The notes beneath the pieces were generated by a model. That model saw nothing but the letters and a program-made list of their open reading frames with translations, did not search any database and was not told the origin of the DNA. This document shows positions 7,945 through 17,059 of a DNA stretch of 24,434 nt, one piece after another. This DNA comes from a phage. The DNA lies in NCBI GenBank assembly GCA_021031555.1, contig GCA_021031555.1_4954.1; one strand, given 5' to 3'. The number at the start of each line of letters is the position of its first letter. The first letter of the stretch is position 1. The position numbers and the translations under genes are program-made.

Positions 7945-8155
7945 ACACGTATTGAATCTGTTTTGGTGAAAAAGGTTTGTCGTATTTTCCATTACCTTTT
8001 AACCATTCAATCAATTGTTCACGTAAACTTTTACGGAATTCAGATCGTAAATTACTGTTGAGAAGTTTAAAGAACACAGGGAACATGTCCGGGTGGTATG
8101 CACGGAAAAGTTTTTCAACTTGTTCACGATTAACGTTATATTCCCGAACTATCAA
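7943..8155 (-). CDS. hypothetical small protein (questionable)
   Basis: 70-aa ORF on the - strand; TTG start with no clear RBS; downstream of the 125-aa moron gene. Confidence 0.3.
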   Translation of the reverse strand: MIVREYNVNREQVEKLFRAYHPDMFPVFFKLLNSNLRSEFRKSLREQLIEWLKGNGKYDKPFSPKQIQYV

Positions 8156-8187
8156 TCTAAACTGTGCATTTAGTTTGCGCTGTTGGT

Positions 8188-8565
8188 TTACTTTTTTATT
8201 TTACAGTAACGTTGCCGTTTTTCCTCTTGCTCTTGTTCATAAACTTTATATGCCTCTAAAACTTCAGGTGTCGCATCTGGTCGGGATCCGTAACATGGGT
8301 AACACCAACCACGAGTAGTTGCAAAGGTGTACCATGATGCTGATTTTGTTTCCGGGTGCCATATCAACATTTCAAAATCAGAATCGTGATAACCATTGCG
8401 TTCACGTTCTTTGATACAGCAACCATGATCAGTTTCATAAAGAAAATAAGACGGCGGGTAATCTCCACCTATGTCATTCCGGTGAATAGGGCTGTAAGCA
8501 CCCTCAAGTAATTTAATATTTCCTTCAAAAACAGAACTATGCCAACCCATGTTAATAATTGCCAT
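8188..8565 (-). CDS. hypothetical Cys/Trp/Tyr-rich protein (moron inside tail module)
   Basis: 125 aa; ATG 8565 with GAGGA 8 nt upstream; own promoter candidate; opposite orientation to the surrounding structural genes; contains HGCC and WCYPCYG motifs. Confidence 0.65.
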   Translation of the reverse strand: MAIINMGWHSSVFEGNIKLLEGAYSPIHRNDIGGDYPPSYFLYETDHGCCIKERERNGYHDSDFEMLIWHPETKSASWYTFATTRGWCYPCYGSRPDATPEVLEAYKVYEQEQEEKRQRYCKIKK

Positions 8566-8597
8566 CGCTCTAATCCTCAGTTCGTTTCGTTGAGTTA

Positions 8598-8626
8598 AAG
8601 ATACCTTACCGTTTGTAGTTCGTCAA
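8598..8626 (-). promoter_or_regulatory. candidate sigma70 promoter for the - strand moron cassette
   Basis: On the - strand: -35 TTGACG (8626-8621), 17-bp spacer, -10 TATCTT (8603-8598). Confidence 0.35.
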
Positions 8627-8643
8627 GAATTATTTTAAATCTC

Positions 8644-8672
8644 TTGCGTAATTTGTACAGAACTATTACTAT
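8644..8672 (+). promoter_or_regulatory. candidate promoter for the chaperone / tape measure genes
   Basis: -35 TTGCGT (8644-8649), 17-bp spacer, -10 TACTAT (8667-8672). Weak match. Confidence 0.25.
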
Positions 8673-8703
8673 CTAATCGTCTACTACATAAAAGGTAAAA
8701 ACC

Positions 8704-9126
8704 ATGTCAAAGTTTGATCATCTGAAAAAAGCACTTTCCCCATTAGTGCTGAAGTCTTCTGCTGAACTGATTTTAAATGAAAATTTCAGTATCACAGTGT
8801 TGAACCTGAACACCGCTAACCAGGTATATAACGTAACAGTCGCGGACTATGTAAAACAGAACGGTGTGTTGTCTGAAAATTTCTTTGAAAAACTGTGGAA
8901 TCAGGAATACACACCAGAAGGTGTTAAGTTTGTGGCCAATGTTCTTATGCTGGACTGGAAACTGATTGGTGAAGATGACAAACCGGAACCATTCAGTGTT
9001 GAAGAAGCTATTGAACTGTTAAGTGATGAACGTTTCGGTCAGGTGATCTACAGTCGTGTTATTCAGTTCGCAATTAATTCCGCATTCTTCAAGGACGAAT
9101 GGGAAAAACAGATTGAAAAAAACTGA
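8704..9126 (+). CDS. tail assembly chaperone (G-like)
   Basis: 140-aa acidic ORF immediately upstream of the tape measure gene; AAAGG RBS; ends at a slippery heptamer. Confidence 0.75.
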   Translation: MSKFDHLKKALSPLVLKSSAELILNENFSITVLNLNTANQVYNVTVADYVKQNGVLSENFFEKLWNQEYTPEGVKFVANVLMLDWKLIGEDDKPEPFSVEEAIELLSDERFGQVIYSRVIQFAINSAFFKDEWEKQIEKN

Positions 9127-9422
9127 TTGACTTCCTCTTGTGGAACGATAAGACAGACGGTGATGACCTGGACTGGGTTACACAAGGGGCGGCTGCACGT
9201 GGTATATCTGTTCCGGTTGTTGTACAGAAACGTCCTGAATTGCGACCTGATGCTATATTTTTTTGGAATGCTTATTTGGACCTGATGGAAGCCGATTGGG
9301 TTGCTTGTGAGCGTTATGCACGGGTGTATAACGTTGATGTACAATTCTTGTGGAAATTATTGATAGCATTGCGGTCTGCACGTGTTGCCGAGATGAAAAA
9401 AAATAAACATAAGCCCGGTTAG
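8704..9422 (+). CDS. tail assembly chaperone frameshift fusion product (G-T-like)
   Basis: A -1 shift at 9117-9123 continues as KKLIDFLLWNDKTDGDD... to the stop at 9420-9422. This is the conserved siphovirus arrangement upstream of the tape measure gene. Confidence 0.6.
9117..9123 (+). promoter_or_regulatory. -1 programmed frameshift slippery site A_AAA_AAC
   Basis: The heptamer sits in the zero frame two codons before the stop. The -1 frame is open from here to 9422. Confidence 0.6.
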
Positions 9423-9435
9423 TTCCGGGCTTTTT
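9413..9435 (+). terminator. possible intrinsic terminator or attenuator between chaperone and tape measure genes
   Basis: Stem GCCCGG / CCGGGC (6 bp), loop TTAGTT (contains the stop codon), followed by TTTTT. Confidence 0.5.
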
Positions 9436-9514
9436 CATATATTATAGTTAATTATTTGTCGCTTTTTACACCCGTGTTAAACTGTGCATATGCTTCACGA
9501 AAAGGTTAACCAAC

Positions 9515-12500
9515 ATGGCACAATATCCTATTGATATTAAGTTTGATACAGGTAATGCAGATCGAAATCTTAACAATCTTAGTGACAGATTAGATCAGAC
9601 CGCGAAGGCGACGATAGCCGCGGCAACAGCTGCGAATAATTTATCAGATGCTGAACAAGCTGTTACCCAGGCCACTATACGTTTAGTACAACAACAAGCA
9701 AATAAAGCAGCAAGTGCTGCTGCTGATGCTCGTGCTACCAGAGAACAAGCACAGGAACAACTACGGTTATTAACTTCTCAAAATAAAATCAACGATAACC
9801 AAAAAAAAGCTATTGAATTAGCGCAAATTGTTGAACGTTCTTTACAGGATGAAAAGAAAGCTCTTGAAGACCTATCTTCATCTCAAAGTAGACTTAGTCA
9901 GTTACAGGAACCGTTCATACAACAAGAGATTGCAAAAAAAACAGCACAAGCACAAGCAGCAGAATCTGCAAAACGTGAGGCTGCTGCTCAACGTGAGGCT
10001 GCGAAAGCAGCGGCTGAAAAAGCAGCATCTGAACAAAAACAAAGACAAGCGTTAGATAATGCTAAAAAATCCAACGATGATTTCATAACATCATTACGAC
10101 AACAAATAGCAGTCTTAAAAACTACGGGTGTCGAGAGTGTAAAACTTCAGAATTCTTTTAAGTTGAATGCGCAAGCTACAGCAGAACAAAGAAAAGAAGT
10201 TGAAAAACTTTCACAAGAATTATACCAGTTACAGCAACCAGCAAAGAAAACATCAGGTACATTAGAAACACTTGTCACTGGTGCAAAAGCGTTTGTTGGT
10301 TTACAGATTGCAGGGTCACTTTACGACTGGGGTAAAGCGTTTGTAGATACTGCAACGAAAGTTGAACTGCTACAGAGTCGCATTAATCTGTACACATCAA
10401 CGTCGGTTGAATCACAACAGATTTTTGCGCAATTAGTACAACAGGCTAACCGTGCTGGTACAGATATTGACGCTGTGGCAAACAGTTTTCAGCGTTTTGC
10501 CGCTGCTGGTAAAGATGCCGGGATTAGTAATCAGGTTATTTTACAGTTTACCGACAACCTGCAAAAAATGGCCCGTGTATCTGGCGCATCCAGTGCTGAA
10601 GCATCTGCGGCTATTTATCAATTATCACAGGCGTTTGCATCTGGTCGTTTGCAGGGGGATGAATTCCGATCTGTGTCAGAACAGTTACCAACTGTTCTTC
10701 AGGTGCTGGCTAAACAGATGGGGGTGACCACGGGGGAACTTAAACAGTTAGGTTCTGATGGTGAAATCACTCGTGATAAACTATTGCTATTAAACAACGC
10801 GACTGATGAAATCAGCGCACAGTTCGATAAACTTCCTCGTTCTGTAGATCAGTCTGCTACTGCGTTACGTAACAACCTGTCCGTGGCTATCGCTGAACTC
10901 GATCAGCAGATTGGCGCATCTAAATTCCTGGCTAAATTCCTGGACCTGTTAGCAGGTGGTGTATCGGGTACAACAGAGTTAATAAAAGCCGCTGCAGGTG
11001 CTGACAAACTGGCACAAGCCACTAACAATCTGAACAGTGTTACCGCAAAACGCGAAGCCAATCTGAAAGAAATTGCAGATCTGGAAGCACAAATTCAGCG
11101 TGGGTATACAACACAGTCAATTGGTGGGTATACAAAATTTGTTGGTGATACAAGCGCTGCACAGAAGAAATTAAACGAACTTAAAAAACTTGATGTTCAG
11201 TTAACAAAACAACAAGCAGAAGCACAACGAGGGGTTGTTCAGGCTACTCCGTTGGGTAAGGGTGTTGCTGAAAATCTTGCAAATCAGGCAAGCACTTTAC
11301 AGGCGAGTATTACGGCTGCTCAGGCTGCCGGACGTCCTGATGCCGAATCTGCAAAACAGATTAAAAACCTGAAAGAACAGATCACTTACACCCAGGCGCT
11401 TGCTGACGGTAACTATGAACTGGCAGCAAGTCAGAAACTGGGTAATAAAGCAACTAAGGAACAGATTGCAGACTATGCTGCATTGTTGAAACAACAGGCA
11501 GAATATAAAGAAAATCAAAAGAACCAGAAGAAATTAGCCAGTGCTGAAGCATCTGCGGCTAAACGTGCACAGAAAGAACTGGAACGTAATCAGGCTGCTA
11601 ACCAGAAATACCTGAAAACGCTTCAGGATAAAATCAATGCTGGTAATTATGATGTTCAGTTAGCCCGCGAACAGGTTCAGATTGCTTTAACACAGGGGTC
11701 GTCTGTTGAACAACTTACAGCAACGTATCAGAAAGAATATCAGGTACGTCAACAGTTAACGCTGGCATCACAACAGGCAGAAGCACAGTCACGACTGAAT
11801 AAAGACGCGACTGATGCTGAACGTGCCGCTGTTGATGCACATGTGGCTGCATTGCAACGACAACAGCAGGCGCAACAGTTAGCTGGTCAGGTTTCACAGG
11901 TACAAACCGATGTACAGGGTGAGTTAAACCCGTATCAATCACAGGTTGATCAGGTTAATCAGCAGGAAGCACAACGTCTTACTGTCATACAACAAGCCCG
12001 TGAACAAGATTTAATCAACGAGCAACAATATCAGGACATGAAAACGCAGATTCAACAGGCCGGGGAACAAGCCCGTACGAATCTTGCGAATGCTAACTAC
12101 AGTCTGTTGCTACAGTCCAGTGCTGATTTTTTGGGTCAAATGGCTGCTGGTCTGGCACAATCTAAAGGTGAACAATCAAACGCGTATAAAGCGATGTTTG
12201 CACTGTCTAAAGCCTTTAGTATCGCACAGGCGAGTATTAACCTGTGGACAGCCGTTAGTCAGGCTATGGCGTTGCCGTTCCCGGCGAATATTCCGTTCAT
12301 TGCACAGGCTTTATCATACGGGACAAGCGTATTAGGTAACATTCAGTCTGTGGCTGCAACAGGTTTTGCAACGGGTGGTTATGTTAAAGGTCCGGGTACA
12401 GGTCAGAGTGACAGTATAAACGCACGTTTGAGTAATGGTGAATTTGTCAGTACCAAACAGGCTACGAGTCGTTATCGTAGCACTCTGGAAGCAATGAATC

Positions 12501-12724
12501 GTGGGACATACACCCCCGGATCTGAAGGTGGTTCATCACCTAATATTCAGGTTCATAACTACGGTGGTGAACGTGTTCAGGTGAAACAAGGATTAACACG
12601 GGATGATGTAGTGCTTATCATAGGTGAAGAATTCCCACGACAATCAGCGGCACAATGGAATGACCCGTACAGTCAGACAAATAAAGCGTTCAGGTCTAAC
12701 TATGATGCGAACAGGAAAATATAA
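9515..12724 (+). CDS. tape measure protein
   Basis: 1069 aa; long Ala/Gln/Glu/Lys-rich coiled-coil segments; position after the chaperones; TAATG coupling to the next gene. Confidence 0.9.
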   Translation: MAQYPIDIKFDTGNADRNLNNLSDRLDQTAKATIAAATAANNLSDAEQAVTQATIRLVQQQANKAASAAADARATREQAQEQLRLLTSQNKINDNQKKAIELAQIVERSLQDEKKALEDLSSSQSRLSQLQEPFIQQEIAKKTAQAQAAESAKREAAAQREAAKAAAEKAASEQKQRQALDNAKKSNDDFITSLRQQIAVLKTTGVESVKLQNSFKLNAQATAEQRKEVEKLSQELYQLQQPAKKTSGTLETLVTGAKAFVGLQIAGSLYDWGKAFVDTATKVELLQSRINLYTSTSVESQQIFAQLVQQANRAGTDIDAVANSFQRFAAAGKDAGISNQVILQFTDNLQKMARVSGASSAEASAAIYQLSQAFASGRLQGDEFRSVSEQLPTVLQVLAKQMGVTTGELKQLGSDGEITRDKLLLLNNATDEISAQFDKLPRSVDQSATALRNNLSVAIAELDQQIGASKFLAKFLDLLAGGVSGTTELIKAAAGADKLAQATNNLNSVTAKREANLKEIADLEAQIQRGYTTQSIGGYTKFVGDTSAAQKKLNELKKLDVQLTKQQAEAQRGVVQATPLGKGVAENLANQASTLQASITAAQAAGRPDAESAKQIKNLKEQITYTQALADGNYELAASQKLGNKATKEQIADYAALLKQQAEYKENQKNQKKLASAEASAAKRAQKELERNQAANQKYLKTLQDKINAGNYDVQLAREQVQIALTQGSSVEQLTATYQKEYQVRQQLTLASQQAEAQSRLNKDATDAERAAVDAHVAALQRQQQAQQLAGQVSQVQTDVQGELNPYQSQVDQVNQQEAQRLTVIQQAREQDLINEQQYQDMKTQIQQAGEQARTNLANANYSLLLQSSADFLGQMAAGLAQSKGEQSNAYKAMFALSKAFSIAQASINLWTAVSQAMALPFPANIPFIAQALSYGTSVLGNIQSVAATGFATGGYVKGPGTGQSDSINARLSNGEFVSTKQATSRYRSTLEAMNRGTYTPGSEGGSSPNIQVHNYGGERVQVKQGLTRDDVVLIIGEEFPRQSAAQWNDPYSQTNKAFRSNYDANRKI

Positions 12725-13227
12725 TGAGCAATACAGATGATTTACCACGGCTTGAGTACGGCGCGAAAATGGTGTTACCTGAGCGTGATAATTACAGTTA
12801 TAATCCACCGTGGGGTGTAACTAAATCTGATATTTCCGGGACGCTATCACGGTTAGGTCGTAGCGCCTTTGGTGGTCCTGCTCAGGTATCGTGTACAATT
12901 CAGTTATATAGTCCTGCAATGCTTCAGTGGTGGGATGATTTTTATAATCTGGAAATAGCTGAAGGTAGTAAGCGGTTTGTGATGCAACTGTTTGTGAATG
13001 GTTTGATTCAGGAACACGTTGTTCAGATTGTCAGTAACCCGTCATCCTCTGTTGTAGGATGGAAAGGATCTGTCGATTTACAGTTGCAAGCTGTTCCGGT
13101 AATCGACCGTTGCGCAATGGCATCACGATTGTTAATCACTAAATGCCAGGGTGATTACGCTGCTTGTTATCTTAAAGAAATTATTGATACTGGCTTACTC
13201 TTAAACAACGCGTGGACACCAGAATGA
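12724..13227 (+). CDS. minor tail protein (distal tail, M-like position)
   Basis: 167 aa; immediately after the tape measure gene with overlapping stop and start. Confidence 0.65.
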   Translation: MSNTDDLPRLEYGAKMVLPERDNYSYNPPWGVTKSDISGTLSRLGRSAFGGPAQVSCTIQLYSPAMLQWWDDFYNLEIAEGSKRFVMQLFVNGLIQEHVVQIVSNPSSSVVGWKGSVDLQLQAVPVIDRCAMASRLLITKCQGDYAACYLKEIIDTGLLLNNAWTPE

Positions 13228-13730
13228 AAGACGAACTACGTGAATTATTAACGGTCGCGACAACAGGTAAAGGTGTTGTTGACGGTGTGAAACTGAACCA
13301 TAGTTCATGGCCCAATCCGCTATACATCACCAGTGTTTATCCGGGATTTATCGCTGTACATGAAGACGGTAATGAATACGAGTATGAATACGTTCCGATG
13401 TCCGTCAAGAAGGCGAATAAACAAAACGATTTATCACAGGATTATTCATTCACCATTCAGGATCTGAATGAAGTTGTCGGTGTATATCTGGACTTAATTC
13501 CGCTTGACAGTAATGAAAAACCATCTGTTGAGTTACGAACGTTTGTTTATCGTGAAGATGGTTCCATGTCTGATATTCAGGATGGACCATATCTTCTGGA
13601 ATCTGGTGACATTACTACCGAACCACAGGGTTGTACGTTCACAGCATCACCACCTATTACAAACTTCGCCGGGACAGGTGAATTATATACGTTCGAACGT
13701 TTTCCTACATTGCTGGCGTATGCAACATGA
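13224..13730 (+). CDS. minor tail protein (L-like position)
   Basis: ATG 13224 overlaps the upstream stop (ATGA); 168 aa. Confidence 0.6.
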   Translation: MKDELRELLTVATTGKGVVDGVKLNHSSWPNPLYITSVYPGFIAVHEDGNEYEYEYVPMSVKKANKQNDLSQDYSFTIQDLNEVVGVYLDLIPLDSNEKPSVELRTFVYREDGSMSDIQDGPYLLESGDITTEPQGCTFTASPPITNFAGTGELYTFERFPTLLAYAT

Positions 13731-14086
13731 TCGGTGATCGCTACGATATTGATAAATGGAATTGTACACACGAGGTCAGTCAGTGGTATCAGGTGCACAA
13801 TTACCCACACGTATTGAAAACTGTTTCAGGTGATGAATGGGATATTGCGTTTGTCAGATGGATGCGAAAACGTTTTTTACCAATCACCGCACCGGAACAA
13901 GGTGCACTCGTACTGATGAAGAACAGATATTCAGGCGGTTTTCATGTCGGCGTGTGGGATTGTGGAATGGTTCATCATTGTTATCAACCACCGGGTGATT
14001 CACCGGGACAGACAATCAGATCACCTTTAAGTATAATCAAGACAGCACATAAAGAAATCACGTTCTGGAGAATGAAAAGTGTCTAA
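13727..14086 (+). CDS. tail assembly protein with NlpC/P60-like Cys-His motif (K-like)
   Basis: 119 aa; WNCTHEV (candidate catalytic Cys) and GGFHVGVW...HH; ATGA overlap with the upstream gene. Confidence 0.6.
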   Translation: MIGDRYDIDKWNCTHEVSQWYQVHNYPHVLKTVSGDEWDIAFVRWMRKRFLPITAPEQGALVLMKNRYSGGFHVGVWDCGMVHHCYQPPGDSPGQTIRSPLSIIKTAHKEITFWRMKSV

Positions 14087-16622
14087 AGTCATCTATCACA
14101 CTAATCCTGTTGAACACGCGGATAACGTTGACTTTGGTGAATGGATGCTGAAACGCTGGCCCGTGGGTACAGTTCGTCCACGTGGGTTACTGATTTATAA
14201 AAACGATGAGAACATCACCCAAAAGTGGGTTACTGATCCCAGCGTATTGACTGATCCTGACGCTGTTTATCACATTTATGAATTACCAAAAGGTGGGGTG
14301 ATTAGTGCAATAACGAAAGTTATTAGCACAATTCTAAACCCCATTTTAAAATTGTTCATGCCGAATACCAGTGCGTCGGCTAAGCTTAAGAACTCACGTT
14401 CAGCGTCGTCTAACAACGCGCTTCAGGGGCGTACCAACGCTTCACGACCCGGTGAACGTATTTCTGATATCCGTGGTCGTGTACTGGCATATCCTGACCT
14501 GTTAATGGACTACCGAATCTTTATTGACCGAAAAGAATATGAAGTTCAGTTCCTGTGTCTGGGCGCTGGTGAATATGAAGTCGAAGACGTTCGTGATGGT
14601 ATTACACCTGCTGTAAATATCAGTGGTGAAAAATTAGACTTTTATAAAAAAGGGAATGCACCTGGGTATGGTTCTCCGTACATGAATATTGGTGGTGCAA
14701 TTGATATTAACACTTTCCCGATCATGGTTGCTAAGTCATCGAATGAAGCAGACGGATCTGAAGTTAAACCGCCAAACTATGCTGATATCAGTAAAGCGAG
14801 TTTTAAAATTTACAGCACTGGTGAAATTGACACTACGATTTCCAGCGACAACAACACTACGATTGACTGGTCGGAACGTGCACCAATCGGTAGTAAAATT
14901 CGTTTATCGCAATTTTATAGCTTTACACCTAACACGTTACCGTTAAACACGTATGTACGTAATGATCTGTCTGGTGAATATGACATTATTTATGCAGGTG
15001 AGAATACGTTAATCATTGATACTACTGGTCGTGAAGGTTGGGATGCTCTGTCTGAAAGTGGTCAGGCTGCATATACACAGGCTTATTTGCGAAACGATGG
15101 TTACTGGGAACTTGAAACCACTGAAGGAAGCGGAAGTATTTTATACAAGTTTTCACCGTCTCTTGACAGTACCACGCCGTATATTGTCGGGCCTTATCTG
15201 ATTGATAGTGCGGATAAGTTGATGATTAATCTTTATGCACAGAATGGCGTGTATAAAACTGATGGCGACATTTATCCGTTTACCTGTGATTTTCAGGTAG
15301 TATTGTCAGACCCGAACGGTGTGAAAGCAAATGTTACACACTCTATGTCTGTCCGCGGTCGTTATACAGAAGCCGTAGGTAATTCGTTAATTGTGGACAA
15401 CCCTTTTGACGGCCCTGTCAACGTGTCTGTAAGACGACTGTCAAATACAGACAAAGACTTCGAAGGGTCTGTTGTTGACAACATCAAGTGGCGCGATTTG
15501 TACGCTATCACGAACGTTTCCCCGCGTTCCTATGGTGATGTGACATTGATCCATACAGTGACGAAAGCAACAAATGCGGCACTGAAACAAAAAGAACGTA
15601 AATTAAACATGATTGCAACCCGTGTGTATAACGGTGATGCAAGTAGTAATTTTGCAGACGTTGTAATGTCAATGCACACAGATCCTTTATTTGGTCGTCG
15701 CACATTGGACACCATTGATCGTGATGCTATATATGCTGTTCAGGCACAACTTCTTGAATATTTTGGTGACCAACGAGCAATTGAAGTTGGCTATACATTT
15801 GATAACAACAGTACGACGTACGAAGAAGGATTGGACACTATCTGTAACACGGTGAATGTTAAACCGTATCAGATCGGTAGTGTATTGTATTTCTGGCCTG
15901 AATTACCGCAGGACCAGTCTGCAATGCAGTTCGGTCATGCATTTAAAATTCCTGACAGTGATAAACGTACGCGCTCTTTTGCGCCACCTAAAGAATATAC
16001 TGGTGTTCAGGTTAAATACTTCGATCACGATGAAAAATCATATTTGTATGTAACCAAAGGTGAAGAAACAAACCTTAATAAGATAGATCTTGTTGCGTGT
16101 CAGTCGCGATATCTTGCAAACATTCGCGCTAATCGTGAGATGAATAAGTTACGTTATCAACGTATCACCCATGAGTGTACAGCGCTTAGTATCGGGTTAC
16201 AGGCTACCCCAGGTATGCGTGTGGATATGATTGATAATACCCGTATGAAACAGCATGAAGGCGTTGTAGTCGATGTTGACGGTTTAATACTTATTCTCAG
16301 CGATCCTGTTACGTTCACCACGGGTAATACATACAGCATAACGTTAACACACCGACTGGGAACACTTGAAAATATTCCTGTAACTGCCGGGGATAATGAA
16401 TTTTCAGTGGTAATGGCTTATCAACCGTCTGACGAAATTTATACAGGATGGTTGCGTGACCGTACAGCATATGTGATTCGTGCTGATGATGAGCGTAGCA
16501 AATTAGCAATGCTTGTTCAGAGGATGGAACCGTCAGGAAGAGATAATAACTATCAGGTAGGTTTAACGTGCATCAATTACGATGCACGTTATTACAAGGA
16601 TGATTTAAAACAAGTTATCTAA
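14079..16622 (+). CDS. tail tip / central fibre protein (J-like host specificity protein)
   Basis: 847 aa; GTG start with GGAGA 7 nt upstream; last large gene of the tail operon. Confidence 0.65.
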   Translation: MSKVIYHTNPVEHADNVDFGEWMLKRWPVGTVRPRGLLIYKNDENITQKWVTDPSVLTDPDAVYHIYELPKGGVISAITKVISTILNPILKLFMPNTSASAKLKNSRSASSNNALQGRTNASRPGERISDIRGRVLAYPDLLMDYRIFIDRKEYEVQFLCLGAGEYEVEDVRDGITPAVNISGEKLDFYKKGNAPGYGSPYMNIGGAIDINTFPIMVAKSSNEADGSEVKPPNYADISKASFKIYSTGEIDTTISSDNNTTIDWSERAPIGSKIRLSQFYSFTPNTLPLNTYVRNDLSGEYDIIYAGENTLIIDTTGREGWDALSESGQAAYTQAYLRNDGYWELETTEGSGSILYKFSPSLDSTTPYIVGPYLIDSADKLMINLYAQNGVYKTDGDIYPFTCDFQVVLSDPNGVKANVTHSMSVRGRYTEAVGNSLIVDNPFDGPVNVSVRRLSNTDKDFEGSVVDNIKWRDLYAITNVSPRSYGDVTLIHTVTKATNAALKQKERKLNMIATRVYNGDASSNFADVVMSMHTDPLFGRRTLDTIDRDAIYAVQAQLLEYFGDQRAIEVGYTFDNNSTTYEEGLDTICNTVNVKPYQIGSVLYFWPELPQDQSAMQFGHAFKIPDSDKRTRSFAPPKEYTGVQVKYFDHDEKSYLYVTKGEETNLNKIDLVACQSRYLANIRANREMNKLRYQRITHECTALSIGLQATPGMRVDMIDNTRMKQHEGVVVDVDGLILILSDPVTFTTGNTYSITLTHRLGTLENIPVTAGDNEFSVVMAYQPSDEIYTGWLRDRTAYVIRADDERSKLAMLVQRMEPSGRDNNYQVGLTCINYDARYYKDDLKQVI

Positions 16623-17027
16623 GCAGTTGGCTTGTTTTTTGTTGCAACATCTGAGCAGTGGAAAGATAAGCAGACAGGAGAAAAGAAAGAGCAGACTGAA
16701 TGGCATCGCGTGGTCATCTTCGGTAAACTTGCTGAAGTTGCAGGAGAATACCTTCGCAAAGGTTCGCAGGTTTATATCGAAGGCCAGCTACGCACTCGTA
16801 AATGGTCTGACAGCAACGGCGTAGACCGATATACCACGGAAATTGTCATTCCACAGATGGGCGGCGTAATGCAGATGCTTGGAAGTAAACGCGAAGATTC
16901 TGGTCAGCAACAACGCCAGCAATCAGGCCAACAACAGCAACGACAGCAACAGCAGCAACAAAAACTACAAAGCCCACAAGGAGGTAATGAGCCAAAGATG
17001 GATTTCGATGACGACATTCCCTTCTGA
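16623..17027 (+). pseudogene. ssb: 5'-truncated ssb (single-stranded DNA-binding protein) remnant
   Basis: The translation closely matches the E. coli SSB sequence as recalled from residue ~55 onward ([35 protein letters not shown]...DRYTTE) and ends in the canonical acidic tip MDFDDDIPF. The N-terminal part of the OB fold is absent. Homology begins 3 codons after the stop of the upstream gene, in the same frame. No RBS. Confidence 0.8.
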
Positions 17028-17031
17028 TGAT

Positions 17032-17059
17032 AAAACCCCGCCGAAGCGGGGTTTTATTT
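17032..17059. terminator. bidirectional intrinsic terminator
   Basis: AAAACCCCGC cgaa GCGGGGTTTT: GC-rich stem flanked by an A-tract and a T-tract, between the convergent ssb remnant and tailspike. Confidence 0.75.

Noticed and set aside
7303-7992. 229-aa and 109-aa - strand ORFs overlapping the major tail gene
   Set aside because: Antisense to a well-supported + strand gene, and they cross the terminator at 7918-7944. Treated as shadow ORFs.
9828-12335. Internal ORFs within the tape measure gene on both strands (for example 9828-10055, 10452-10727, 11297-11518, 11715-11942, 12084-12335)
   Set aside because: Shadow frames inside a long, compositionally biased gene. No independent start signals.
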